From an uncultured Verrucomicrobiota bacterium (GTDB lineage Bacteria > Auribacterota > JABMQX01): 64,000 nt of DNA. This document shows, in pieces, positions 26,801 through 35,294 of the stretch; position 1 is the first letter of the stretch, and each line of letters starts with the position of its first letter. The notes beneath the pieces are model-generated. The model did not search any database, was not told the DNA's origin, and saw only the letters and a program-made list of their open reading frames with translations. The position numbers and the translations under genes were made by a program. The stretch is from the NCBI GenBank assembly GCA_964482435.1, contig CAYZXL010000006.1, positions 64,661-128,660 of the forward strand, in the 5' to 3' direction.

Positions 26801-28729
26801 AGGCGCTGTGAAAGTCGCCGTGGCCGTGTTCGGGTTACTGAGAGTTACAGCCGGCCCTGAGACCTGCTCCCATTTGTATGTCACTGCGTTGGGCGAGTTC
26901 GTCCCGTCCAGCGTGACCAGCGCCCCTTCCTGCTCCTCTCTATCGGGCCCCGGGTCAGCCACTGCCGTCGTCGGGTCCTGGTCGGCGTAAACCTCCAACT
27001 CGGCGATAGACGTGAAGTCAGCCGAGCCTCCGGGGACACCATATATCCTCAAGCCGACGCCGTGAACTCGAGTGAAACTTATGTCGTATCTCGCGTATGC
27101 CGCATGCCCGGACATCTGGTCGGTGAAATTATAAGCCGGATAGATGCTCAAGCCCCGAACGTCTTTCCACGTCGTTCCGTCTTCCGTGTACTGGACTTTC
27201 AAGCCCGTCCACCACCCGCCATTCGTGAAAATGCCTCCTTGATAATAGACGACATGCTGGAAGTACAGCGCTTCGCCCCACGTATAGCCCCACCAGTCAT
27301 CGTCCATTAGCAGGTTGTTGTACCAGCTATCGAAACTCACGCCGGTGTTCCCATCGTTCATGACCTTCGCGAGGTTCCAACCGACGTGCGGCCTCTTGGC
27401 AAAGGGCGAAGCATCCGTCCTCAACGCCAAATTGCGCATCGCTGTGTAGGTTATTTCCTGCGAAAGAGGGCCGTCGCCCCCGCCGCCACCTGGGATCGTA
27501 TTCCAGCCTTTGACCGCAAAGGTCAGCGTCTGCCCTTCCGCCATGCCGCTGGTTTCTCTGAAGGGATCCGTGACCCAGTAGAAGAAGTAAAGTCCCACGT
27601 CCAACTTCAGCCCGACTCCGTATTTGTCCGCATCAATGAGAGGGTCCCATTCCAGCCTGAAGCCGAGCCCTGCGGCCCCCAGGTCCTCCGGGAACGTGCG
27701 CAGGTTGCTCGGAGCTACTGTCGGGGCGTTTTTCGCGCGAACAGTGATGACCACCGTGTCGCTGGTCTCCCCGTCCGGCGCTTGGGTTGTCAATTTGAAA
27801 GTCAGAACCGTGCCCACCGTCAGAGGCGGCGCAGTAAAATGCGAAATTCCGTTTGAGGGGTTGGCATTATCGAGGGTCACCGTCGGCGTCCCGGCAGTCT
27901 GCTCCCAGTGGTAGCTCGTCGGCCCGCCAGACGACCCGGAACCGTCAAGCGTCACCGCGTCGCCCGCCCACGCAATCTGGTCCTCGCCCGCGTACGCGCC
28001 CTTGTTGATCTCGATGTTGTCAACCGCATGAACGTTGGTATCGCCGCCGGTAGCCGCCGTAAAACCGAAGTACGCGTCGTAAGGAACGTAGCCGGAGATG
28101 GTATAGTCGAATATCTGCGTCTCCGACATGGGGGTTGCCATCGTCGGGTTGCTCATCCACATCTGCAAGTGCCCCTCGTTGAACTGGATTATTACATGAA
28201 ACGGCGCCGGCAGTCCCCCCGACGTACCCGCGTCCTCCATTTCCGGGATTGTCGCGTTCGTGGTCAGGTCCGTCCGAGCAGAAGGGGTCACCTCGCTAAT
28301 GGCGATGTAGTTTTCAGGCTCGGTCGCGCCACCGGAGTACGTGTCGAACCTCACCCCGTATCCGTCCAATCCGTCGAAACCCATGGAACCGCCCCCTCCA
28401 CCTAAGAGCGACGGCCCTCTCACCCACGCGAATGTCATGCCGTCAGCTCCGTTTCCTCCACCAATCCAGAAATCGAACGCGACGCTGAACCTCTGGCCGC
28501 TCATCTTCTCGAACCAGAAAATCGAGCCAGTTTGGCTACCTACGGCGTCGGTCAGAAACATAGCCTGGTACGTGGCGTCCCACACGGCGTTCCCGCTCAC
28601 AGTCCATTTCCCAAGGTCCGGCGACACGTCGAACCTTTCCACCACGGTTGCCATGACTGCCATTTGTGCACCAGCCAGCAGCACAATCGCCGTTAGCCCG
28701 ACAAGTCCTGAGAATCGAATCGCTTTCAT
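23828..28729 (-). CDS. Giant secreted multidomain protein A: L-type lectin/LamG-like, PKD-like x4, FN3 x2, discoidin-like, CARDB-like, CBM6-like, MAM-like, shared C-terminal domain
   Basis: 1633 aa, GGAGGG RBS, signal peptide MKAIRFSGLVGLTAIVLLAGAQMAVMA. Lectin-like block GSIFWFEKMSGQRFSVAFDFWIGGGNGADGMTFAWV. PKD-like DAVTLDGSGSSGGPTSYHWEQTAG. Discoidin-like ...FTSIAELEVY. CBM6-like IREAEDFNFGGG...WWRYGFNV. MAM-like ...IRLSWHFYDAKWDYWFAIDQVQL. Tail QYTVQQRDDLVSGTWANAPGTWPTTATSWTSEDVSGVKKRYYRVMAP. Domain names are by-eye assignments. Confidence 0.9.
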   Translation of the reverse strand: MKAIRFSGLVGLTAIVLLAGAQMAVMATVVERFDVSPDLGKWTVSGNAVWDATYQAMFLTDAVGSQTGSIFWFEKMSGQRFSVAFDFWIGGGNGADGMTFAWVRGPSLLGGGGGSMGFDGLDGYGVRFDTYSGGATEPENYIAISEVTPSARTDLTTNATIPEMEDAGTSGGLPAPFHVIIQFNEGHLQMWMSNPTMATPMSETQIFDYTISGYVPYDAYFGFTAATGGDTNVHAVDNIEINKGAYAGEDQIAWAGDAVTLDGSGSSGGPTSYHWEQTAGTPTVTLDNANPSNGISHFTAPPLTVGTVLTFKLTTQAPDGETSDTVVITVRAKNAPTVAPSNLRTFPEDLGAAGLGFRLEWDPLIDADKYGVGLKLDVGLYFFYWVTDPFRETSGMAEGQTLTFAVKGWNTIPGGGGGDGPLSQEITYTAMRNLALRTDASPFAKRPHVGWNLAKVMNDGNTGVSFDSWYNNLLMDDDWWGYTWGEALYFQHVVYYQGGIFTNGGWWTGLKVQYTEDGTTWKDVRGLSIYPAYNFTDQMSGHAAYARYDISFTRVHGVGLRIYGVPGGSADFTSIAELEVYADQDPTTAVADPGPDREEQEGALVTLDGTNSPNAVTYKWEQVSGPAVTLSNPNTATATFTAPSGPPIIIGNTDFVFRLTVTDSQSRSSSAPVVITVVDADAVIISTAGTDTVVQEGAEAHLVGGGTVHGMNFKWKQIAGPTVNIANDTQANTTFRAVPVFVDTTLTFEFTVDNGAGQHSATATLNILVLDRDGGIEARKLDMTSIFNRDGIRSLAVGTQPGDGFDNGGDCLIENGFSGWPGLPSDKKVQDFQLGDFDAVNMFSVFLDDGDTTFSLAGQQGVFERLRFLTGAGNGYGGSATDKLKVQLVYNDLSTQEFLLLSQDWYLGSPPRTPPAPLTLAIGGMMRATGTATSDFGLFAFEFGAAQTNRTLTDIVFMESDPDSTIGAPSADNRFNILAITAYPPTPVKTARVLPTSYQAGTNVNGEIYVHVEPGTPPSSVTLREQIPAGDFTVVSVSPGGTAAGGFITWTFSGAQVTSRVLSYSLGVPASQAGTVGFSGTLSYGLVTNQPVGGDQMIYELPSAPVNVDAEMLLVTHLSWSAPGQEGVAGYNVYRSVNSGSWELIATLSGTTYMDTSVSSGNTYSYKISAFNAVGAEGPASEPTAEAALPAMTIREAEDFNFGGGMYPWVKGTAIPAIEAPSATDIGTPQQYDFWHPNKTGTNTYRPLDAVGIETVLDYGTTDVYHTNVGWIRPGSWWRYGFNVTQPGWIKLVFRVATGQSLATIAAYWDEAPVGAATFSTFPTGQWQLYTYVVFDQFEEKDTGEHFLRVEAQGPIPDQDVFNFDKIGVGFGWTPPTREVIWSDTFDTYSTDADVKAGGWTIENGSGYADAAWRLWDTEGPLLNNQDPNLVGMYDKYMITDSDLAPDALLDERLVSEDIDCTNHMKLRLSFNKNYRAYEDLDHLQVAEVGIQVFENGVWGNWVNLRRWDRTTTTGTDSSPELLDLSAYGGRKIRLSWHFYDAKWDYWFAIDQVQLSGERVVRPTPKPNIGKVGNAVSLSWTAFGGGQYTVQQRDDLVSGTWANAPGTWPTTATSWTSEDVSGVKKRYYRVMAP

Positions 28730-29393
28730 AGTGCCCTCCTGTGATGAATGTCTATTTCATCAAGCCGTTGCTCAATGCCGAAGAATTAACCGAACCTCAT
28801 GCCTATCGCCTGCCGGTACGCCAGACGGTGGTCGTGCCACCTCTGGATACTTCTCGCCAGGCGCGACCGGCTCACATACCCGATTGCCTCCGCGGGTTGC
28901 CCGTTCCGAACAAAACCCCAGCACACGCGGCTTGTCCCACCAGACCGGGATAACGAAGTTATTGCGTCTCGTTCCGACAGTATTCGCCGACGGGAAATCA
29001 TGGAAGCGAGGAGTGTCACAGATTGCACACAAAGTGAAGCAAGAGATGTTGCGAAGGGATTTGACGGTGTGGGCGGTGCGGACAGAATGCCCCACCGGCG
29101 GTTGATCATTCCGAAGAGAAACAGTCACTTGCATGGAGACGTCGCCTTTTCTCTTTCGAAGCCATCCTTATAGTATGACCGGACAATCTCCCCGTCAACT
29201 GAAAAATCCACGCCTTCGTAACCCATCGGTTACGCGCGCTCGTGAGGTCATCGCTTGACCCCGGGGCGGTTCTCGGGTCGCACACCATGCACCCAGCTCG
29301 CCCTGACCCGGTCCAGCGGGCAAGCCCTGGCGACGGAGGGCAAAGATGCAACACATGTCCCCCTGAAAAGCAAAGCCGCGAATTTCCAGACAG

Positions 29394-29431
29394 CGCCAAA
29401 AAGCGAACCAGCCCCCGCAAGGGGGGCTGGT
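29394..29431 (-). terminator. Rho-independent terminator downstream of giant gene B
   Basis: On the minus strand: ACCAGCCCCCC-ttgc-GGGGGCTGGT followed by TCGCTTTTTGG, starting ~27 nt after the gene B stop. Confidence 0.6.
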
Positions 29432-29457
29432 CGTTTCCACCTACGAGGTCAGGGGGA

Positions 29458-32400
29458 TTACTGCCCCATAACCCGATAGAAGAGTTTCTTGTTGCCGGAG
29501 ACGTCTCCGCTTGTCCAGGTCTGCGCGCTGATTGGCCAGGTGCCGGGGGCGCTTGTCCACGTCGCGCCGACGAGGTTGTCCGTCTGCTGGACGGTGTATT
29601 GTTTGTTCCCGAAGACCGTCCAGGTGAGACTGACCTGCCCGACGGAGGGAGTGACCTTGGTTATCTTTCCCGCCTGTATGGGCAGAGGCTCTCCGGACAC
29701 CCTCACCTGGTCCATGGCAAACCAGTAGTCCCACTTCGCCTGGTAGAAGTGCCATCTCACCTGTATCTTCTTCTTGTCGGCAAGCGAAGCAATGTCCACC
29801 TGCTCGGGGGTGCTGCTGCTGCCGGTGTTCCTGTCCCAGTGACCCAGGTTCACCCAGTTGCCCCAGACTCCATTGTCGAATACCCGGATGTCAACCTCCG
29901 CAACCTGGAGATGGTCCGGGTCCTCGAAGTACCTGCTGTAGTTCTTGCTGTAGTTCAGCCGAACCTTCATGTAGTTGCCGCAGTCAACCTCCTTGCTGAC
30001 AAGCCTCTCGTCCAGCGTAGCATCCGGAGCAAGGTCGCTGTCGGTGACCATGTACTTGTCGTACATACCAGGCAGGTTCGGGTCCTGGTTGCCCAGTTGT
30101 CCCATGCTCCCATCCGTGTCCCACAGCCGCCATGCCGCGTCCGGATACCCGGAGCCGTTCTCAATTGTCCACCCGCCGACAGACTTGACATCAGCGTCGG
30201 AAGTGTAAGTGTCAAAGTTGTCGGACCAGATGGTTTCTCTTGGCGGCTTTGCCCAGTTGTACCCGATGGCTATCTTGTCGAAGTTGAACACGTCCGCCGC
30301 TGGGTCTGGACCTAACGCTTGAACTCTCAAGGTGTGCAATCCGGTGTTGGTCTCCTCGAATTGCTCCAGAGGAACGTACGTGAACAGATGCCAATCGCCG
30401 GTGCCCGCGAAGGTCGGGGCGCCAATCAGTGTCTCATCCCAGTAGGCGGTGAAGCTCGCTTGAGTGAGCGGACTTGCCAGCCTGAACGTCAGCTTTATCC
30501 AGCCGGGCTGGGTAACGTTGAAGGTGTACCGCCACCAGCTGCTCGGCCCTATCCACCCGATGTTGGTGTGATACTCGGTGGTGCTGCCGTACTCAAGCAC
30601 CGTCTCGATCCCTATCGCATCGAGAGGACGATAGTCGCGAGGCCCTCCCTTGTGGGGCTGCCAGAAGTCGTACTGTGCGCCCAGATCAGTGGCCGAAAGA
30701 GCCTCGTTAGCAGGGACAGTCGTGCCGGCGACCCATGGCCACTGCCCGCCGCCGTAGTTGAAGTCCTCCGCCTCCCGAACGACCATCGTCCCGGGAAGCT
30801 GTGCCTGCACCGTAGGCGAGGTCTGCGGCCCTTCTACCCCGTGCACGCCGAGAGCTGAGACCGCGTAGCTGTAGTTGTTGCCAGCGGTAACCATAGAGTC
30901 AACAAACGACGTGGCGGTGGTGGAGCCTATCAGCTCCCATGTGCCGCCGTTGACGCTCCGGAAGACGTTGTAGCTGACAACGCCCTCCTGCGGAGGAGCG
31001 CTCCAGCTCAGGTGAGATGCCATCAGCATCTCCACCATCAGATACGTCGGTTCCGTGGGAACTGGATACACAAGGTTTTCGCCGACGATGTCTGCCGTAG
31101 TCGTCCCGAAGGAAACAGCGCCGGCAAAATCAAGAGCCTCCGCCCTGTCCTCCGGAATGCTCAACGAATAGGCTATGGGGCCCGTCTTGACATCCGTCCC
31201 GCTGAGAGTCCAGAGTATCTTTCCGGCGGAAACCACAGCCCCCGGTGCGACAACGTCATCCTCCGACAGGCCGGCAGGAATCTCCTCGCTGATGGTCACG
31301 GTGGTCGGCTTGTTGTTCGGATTGACCTTCAGGGTGAGTGAAACGTCCATCGTCCCGCCAAGTTCACAGGAGGCAGGCAGGTTCCTGACTGCGTACGCAT
31401 CCGTGAGGACGAACGCAGTCTTTTCCTTGAGCTCTCCAAGTTTTGCCGTGGCAAGAGCGCCCCCATCGTGGCTCGTGACGCAGATTCCCACGTAATAAGG
31501 CGCCGCAATGGGAATGGTGTGCTGTGTCGGGAAGTTCCAGAGACTTCCCACAATCCAGTCGGTTCCGTCGAAGGAGTAGTAACCCACCCAGAGGTCCACC
31601 TTGCGCTCCAGCTTCAGCCAGACCGGGCCGGTAAAATTAAGCGTGCCGTTCACGAAAGGTTGATTGCCGCCTGTTCGTGCGGCCGCGCCAGCTTTCGTGG
31701 TCCTGTACTGCTGAACCATCCCGTTGTCGCGCGACACAACGAGGTCCATGAACACAGAGTCTGCATCGAGGTCCTGCCGCGCCATAAGCCCGACCTTCGT
31801 CCAGGCGTTGGGCCACGTGGCCGGAGGGTTGTCAATCCGCACGGAGATGCTGGAGAAATCACTCCCAACTTCCTTATACACGAACCGGAACCCGTCGTCG
31901 TTGTCCCAGATGTCCTCCCCATCGCCAGTGACGGTGTAGGTCTGCGTGTTGGGGTCGTAGCTCGAGGCGCCGGCGATATTGTTGGGGTTGCTGACAGTAC
32001 CGGAGATGTCTCGTGCGGACAGACTCAATGGGTCTATAAGCACGCCGTCCTCTATGATGTTCTTCACATTGACAGTGATGGAATCAGTGCTGACCCCGCC
32101 AACTCCATCGCTCACCTGAAGCTGGAAAACGAAGTTCTCCCTCAAGTCCCACAGGATTGGGGCAGTGAAGGAAGGCGTCGCAGTATTTGGCACGGTAAGG
32201 GTCACAGTCGTCCCGCTTGTCTGAGTCCAGGCGTATGTGAGGCTGCCGGAGGTGGTGATGGAGCCGGTCCCGTTGAGCGTCACAAGGCTGCCCTCAAGCA
32301 CTGTCTGGTCCGGGCCGGCAACGGCCGTCGTGACGAGATTCTTCACGGTGATCGTTACATCATCGGTCTTCGTTTCCGTGCCGTCTCCGGCTGTAAACTG

Positions 32401-34380
32401 GAAGGTTAAAAGGGTATCGGCTTCCACGCCAGGGGCAGTGAAGGTGGCGATGGCCACGTTGGGGCCATTGATAGTTACGCTCGGTCCTCCTGTCTGGACC
32501 CACTGAAGTCCGCTGAGAGGTCCCTTTTCCGAGAAGGAGTGGCTGCCGTCGAGAGTTCCCTGAGCCCTCTCGTTGACAGCAGCGTCCACGCCGTAAACCA
32601 CCAGCGGACCCACCGTCCGGTCGCCGTAAACCTCCAGTTCCGCGATAGACGTGAACGTCCCCGTCCCGCCAGGCGTGCCATAAATCCTTATTCCATTGCC
32701 TCTGACCGTCGGAAAGAGAATGTCGTATCTCGTGTAGTTCCTCCTCCCGGCGGCGCTGTTTGCGAAATCGTACGGCGGGTAGATCGTCACCGCCGGGCCG
32801 TTAATCCACGTCGCGCCGCCGTCCTTCGTGTACTGGACGCCTAAGCTGGTAAACCAGCCGCCGTTTGCGGCAATGGTGCCGCCGTAGTAAACCACTCTGT
32901 CAAAGAAATGCGGCTGGTCCCAGAGGTATCCCCAGAAGTCCTCGGACTTCACTGGCCCGCCCGAACTGTTGTTGCTGACATTGAGAATCTGGTCGTTCAT
33001 CCCGCCAATGGCGCCACTGGAAAACGTGTACGTTACTCCCTGGACAGGAGGAAGCGGCGGATATGCCCCTCCCGGAGCTGGAAGAGCCATGTTGTGCATC
33101 CCTGTGTACACCACGTCCACCGACTGAGCGCCGTGCAAGGAGGGATCGGTGTTAGCGTTGGGGTCGCACCGTTTGTTTTCGCCCCGGATCGCCACAATTT
33201 GTTCCTGGTCTTCTGCCAGGCCGGGGAAATCCATCCAGGTGTTCGTCGTGTTATACAGCCAGTAATACTTGTCGAGTTTTAACGCGACGTGGTATTTTTC
33301 CGCGTCGAATACCGGGTCCCATTGCACCCGGTAGCCCAGCTGCCCTGGCTGGTCTATTGGAAAAACGAAAATGTTGCTCGGAGCCACCTTCGGAACGTTC
33401 GGCGCGTAAACAAAGATTTTGACCTCGTCGCTCGCCTCCCCCTCGGTGGGAGAAATCACCGTGATTTTGAAGGTGAGAAGGAACCCGACGTCCACGGCAG
33501 GGCTATCGAACCACACCTCCTTTTGATTTGCCGAGGGTTGCAGAACAGCGGTGAACCGGTCCTGCCCTCCGGTCTGGGTCCAGGCGTAACTTGTCGCATC
33601 GAGAGGGCCGGTGCCGGTCAGTGTTACCTTCGTGCCGGCGTCAATTTTCTGGTCGGGTCCTGCGCCGGCGGTGACGGCTTTCCAAACCTCGATCAGGCAC
33701 AGGTCCCCGCCGCTGTCGTTCGCCGAGGCAGGAATGTTATCCTGCTCCACAACGAGGAATCCTTGTGTCACTTCGAGAACGGGGCTTTCCGGCTGGGCAA
33801 TGAACACCGGGGTCTCCTCTCCGGCTACAGGGGGGCCAACAAACGGCGGGACAACCTTGTCCTCAAACTCGACGGTCCAGAAATTTGCATTGGCGGGCGG
33901 AACGTAATCGTCAACGAGGACCACAGCCGTGCCGGCATCCCCGTCGCGAACGCGGATCGTTACGGAGTGATTCGAATTGTCTCCGTCACCGCCCGAAGCA
34001 ACAAACCTGTACTTCGCGTTCTCCAAATCCACTCGGAAAAGCATTGGCGGTGTTCCGAGGGATTTCTTGACGGCAACAAGCTGGTCGTAAATCTCGTCGT
34101 CTCCGGTGTAGTCGCCGCGGTTATTGGGGCTGTCGTCCAATGACCCCGTGTAGGTGTAGCCGTGTCCCTGCGCCGCCGAGTAGGTCCAGTTGGCGCCGCT
34201 GCTCTGAGACACCTTGATGTACTGGACGCTGGGAACGTTATAGGTGGCGCGGGTCCAGTCGTCCGCGCCGAAGGCGAAAGCCTTGGTGAGCTCGTAGGCC
34301 CCAAATGCCAAATTCGAGACGCATAGAAGGATAAACATGGACAGGATAAGGCCGATCGAGAAATGGCGAGTCGTCTTCAT
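29458..34380 (-). CDS. Giant secreted multidomain protein B, a paralogue of A: novel N-terminal domain, PKD-like, FN3, discoidin-like, PKD-like x3, DUF1349/ConA-like, CARDB-like, FN3, CBM6-like, MAM-like, shared C-terminal domain
   Basis: Track ORF 29458..34443. ATG 34380 follows GGGGG and gives the signal peptide MKTTRHFSIGLILSMFILLCVSNLAFGA. The C-terminal ~530 aa are roughly 65-70 % identical by eye to protein A (REAEDFNYGGG, GWTIENGSGYPDAAWRLWDT, WHFYQAKWDYWFAMDQVRV). Tail QYTVQQTDNLVGATWTSAPGTWPISAQTWTSGDVSGNKKLFYRVMGQ. Confidence 0.9.
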   Translation of the reverse strand: MKTTRHFSIGLILSMFILLCVSNLAFGAYELTKAFAFGADDWTRATYNVPSVQYIKVSQSSGANWTYSAAQGHGYTYTGSLDDSPNNRGDYTGDDEIYDQLVAVKKSLGTPPMLFRVDLENAKYRFVASGGDGDNSNHSVTIRVRDGDAGTAVVLVDDYVPPANANFWTVEFEDKVVPPFVGPPVAGEETPVFIAQPESPVLEVTQGFLVVEQDNIPASANDSGGDLCLIEVWKAVTAGAGPDQKIDAGTKVTLTGTGPLDATSYAWTQTGGQDRFTAVLQPSANQKEVWFDSPAVDVGFLLTFKITVISPTEGEASDEVKIFVYAPNVPKVAPSNIFVFPIDQPGQLGYRVQWDPVFDAEKYHVALKLDKYYWLYNTTNTWMDFPGLAEDQEQIVAIRGENKRCDPNANTDPSLHGAQSVDVVYTGMHNMALPAPGGAYPPLPPVQGVTYTFSSGAIGGMNDQILNVSNNSSGGPVKSEDFWGYLWDQPHFFDRVVYYGGTIAANGGWFTSLGVQYTKDGGATWINGPAVTIYPPYDFANSAAGRRNYTRYDILFPTVRGNGIRIYGTPGGTGTFTSIAELEVYGDRTVGPLVVYGVDAAVNERAQGTLDGSHSFSEKGPLSGLQWVQTGGPSVTINGPNVAIATFTAPGVEADTLLTFQFTAGDGTETKTDDVTITVKNLVTTAVAGPDQTVLEGSLVTLNGTGSITTSGSLTYAWTQTSGTTVTLTVPNTATPSFTAPILWDLRENFVFQLQVSDGVGGVSTDSITVNVKNIIEDGVLIDPLSLSARDISGTVSNPNNIAGASSYDPNTQTYTVTGDGEDIWDNDDGFRFVYKEVGSDFSSISVRIDNPPATWPNAWTKVGLMARQDLDADSVFMDLVVSRDNGMVQQYRTTKAGAAARTGGNQPFVNGTLNFTGPVWLKLERKVDLWVGYYSFDGTDWIVGSLWNFPTQHTIPIAAPYYVGICVTSHDGGALATAKLGELKEKTAFVLTDAYAVRNLPASCELGGTMDVSLTLKVNPNNKPTTVTISEEIPAGLSEDDVVAPGAVVSAGKILWTLSGTDVKTGPIAYSLSIPEDRAEALDFAGAVSFGTTTADIVGENLVYPVPTEPTYLMVEMLMASHLSWSAPPQEGVVSYNVFRSVNGGTWELIGSTTATSFVDSMVTAGNNYSYAVSALGVHGVEGPQTSPTVQAQLPGTMVVREAEDFNYGGGQWPWVAGTTVPANEALSATDLGAQYDFWQPHKGGPRDYRPLDAIGIETVLEYGSTTEYHTNIGWIGPSSWWRYTFNVTQPGWIKLTFRLASPLTQASFTAYWDETLIGAPTFAGTGDWHLFTYVPLEQFEETNTGLHTLRVQALGPDPAADVFNFDKIAIGYNWAKPPRETIWSDNFDTYTSDADVKSVGGWTIENGSGYPDAAWRLWDTDGSMGQLGNQDPNLPGMYDKYMVTDSDLAPDATLDERLVSKEVDCGNYMKVRLNYSKNYSRYFEDPDHLQVAEVDIRVFDNGVWGNWVNLGHWDRNTGSSSTPEQVDIASLADKKKIQVRWHFYQAKWDYWFAMDQVRVSGEPLPIQAGKITKVTPSVGQVSLTWTVFGNKQYTVQQTDNLVGATWTSAPGTWPISAQTWTSGDVSGNKKLFYRVMGQ

Positions 34381-34917
34381 TTTGGCACCCCCATGACGTT
34401 TTTGGTGATGAAACCTGTCTCCCGTGCAGAAAACTGCCCGCACGGCGTTCGTTTTTCTATCGTTTCTTTCCAGCGGCGCGACGGCGCGAATCGTCGTGGG
34501 AACTGAGCAAAGGGCATGGGCAAGTAATCATAGCAGATAGTCAGTCGCATGGGCTATAGCCTGGGCAGGAGATTTGAAAATCTAAACCTATGAAGACTTA
34601 TAACCTGTAACCGCCCCTGCCGAAGCAGCCTTTATGGTTCGCCTCCGTTTGCGCCGACGCAGGCGTACCTGCATTCCATTTCAGCACGATTTCGCGCGTG
34701 TCAAAGAACAAATAGCAAGAGACAACTCCCGACTGTCAGTCTCCGATGGTTCTTGTACACACGCTTTCACCCTTTGTCAAGCCTTTTGTGCCCGTACCCG
34801 CAAGCCCTCACTGACGGGCGGATTGCGGGTGTCGTCCGCGGGCGGGTTGGCCGGGCATGTTGCCCCTTAACCCGGTCGCAGGCGAGGGGCCTATGCCACG
34901 CTTCCCCGCACACAGCC

Positions 34918-35177
34918 GGGCTGAGGGGTGCGGCTGTATTTCAGTGGGTGGCCGTGGGGGGGGTAACGCCGCCGTCTCGGCGGCAGTCGCGAGGGCGTCT
35001 CGCCCTCGCCCTCGAGGGCAGGATGCCCCCGGCACAGCCGGCAAGATGCCGGCGGTACAGCCTAACCCCGGGACTTCTGCCAGTTCCCTGGTTCACCAGG
35101 GCCCACACCTGAGGCCCATGTTGGCCAACGCCGGGAACCCTCCCACCACTGAAATACAGCGGCACCCGGGCTCAGCC
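34918..35177. repeat. Nested composite repeat: ~35-bp imperfect inverted repeats (R5) enclosing an R2 mini-hairpin element
   Basis: Left arm gggctgaggggtgcggctgtatttcagtgggtgg (34918-34951). Right arm cccaccactgaaatacagcggcacccgggctcagcc (35142-35177). Inside, R2 copy 34991-35061 (GAGGGCG-tct-CGCCCTC, GCCCTCGAGGGC, CCGGCA-aga-TGCCGG, GGTACAGC). Confidence 0.55.
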
Positions 35178-35181
35178 GCCA

Positions 35182-35210
35182 TTGCGGTGGGCGGGGGAAT
35201 TCGGTATAAT
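35182..35210 (+). promoter_or_regulatory. Candidate sigma70 promoter of the LTD-CotH giant gene
   Basis: TTGCGG (35182-35187), 17-nt spacer, TATAAT (35205-35210), ~85 nt upstream of ATG 35295. Confidence 0.4.
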
Positions 35211-35294
35211 AATTGCAGGATTGTACGTAGAGCATCCCCGAAGTGGCTTTGACTGCGGTGGACAGCCGGGAGGCGATTTCATAAAGGAAACCTG

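Noticed and set aside
28730-29457. ORFs in the A-B intergenic gap (28772..29134(-), 28786..29109(-), 28799..29173(+)), including a faint DVAKGFDGV resemblance to the IS66 TnpB motif DMRKGFDGL
   Set aside because: The similarity is limited to about 6 residues. No other transposase motifs, inverted terminal repeats or RBS were found. The region is better treated as the non-coding promoter/terminator region of gene A and gene B.
23714-34143. Long plus-strand ORFs opposite the two giant genes (for example 23714..25429, 29242..30315, 31468..32409, 33289..34143)
   Set aside because: They are antisense to frames with clear domain content and signal peptides. Their translations are Val/Arg/Pro/Gly-rich with no recognisable motifs.
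34634-35252. Small ORFs 34634..34870, 34753..35112, 34808..35044(-), 34857..35252 and 34941..35165(-)
   Set aside because: They are encoded by the R2/R5 repeat composite. The translations are repeat-derived (AGKMPAVQ, TEIQRHP) and no RBS is present.
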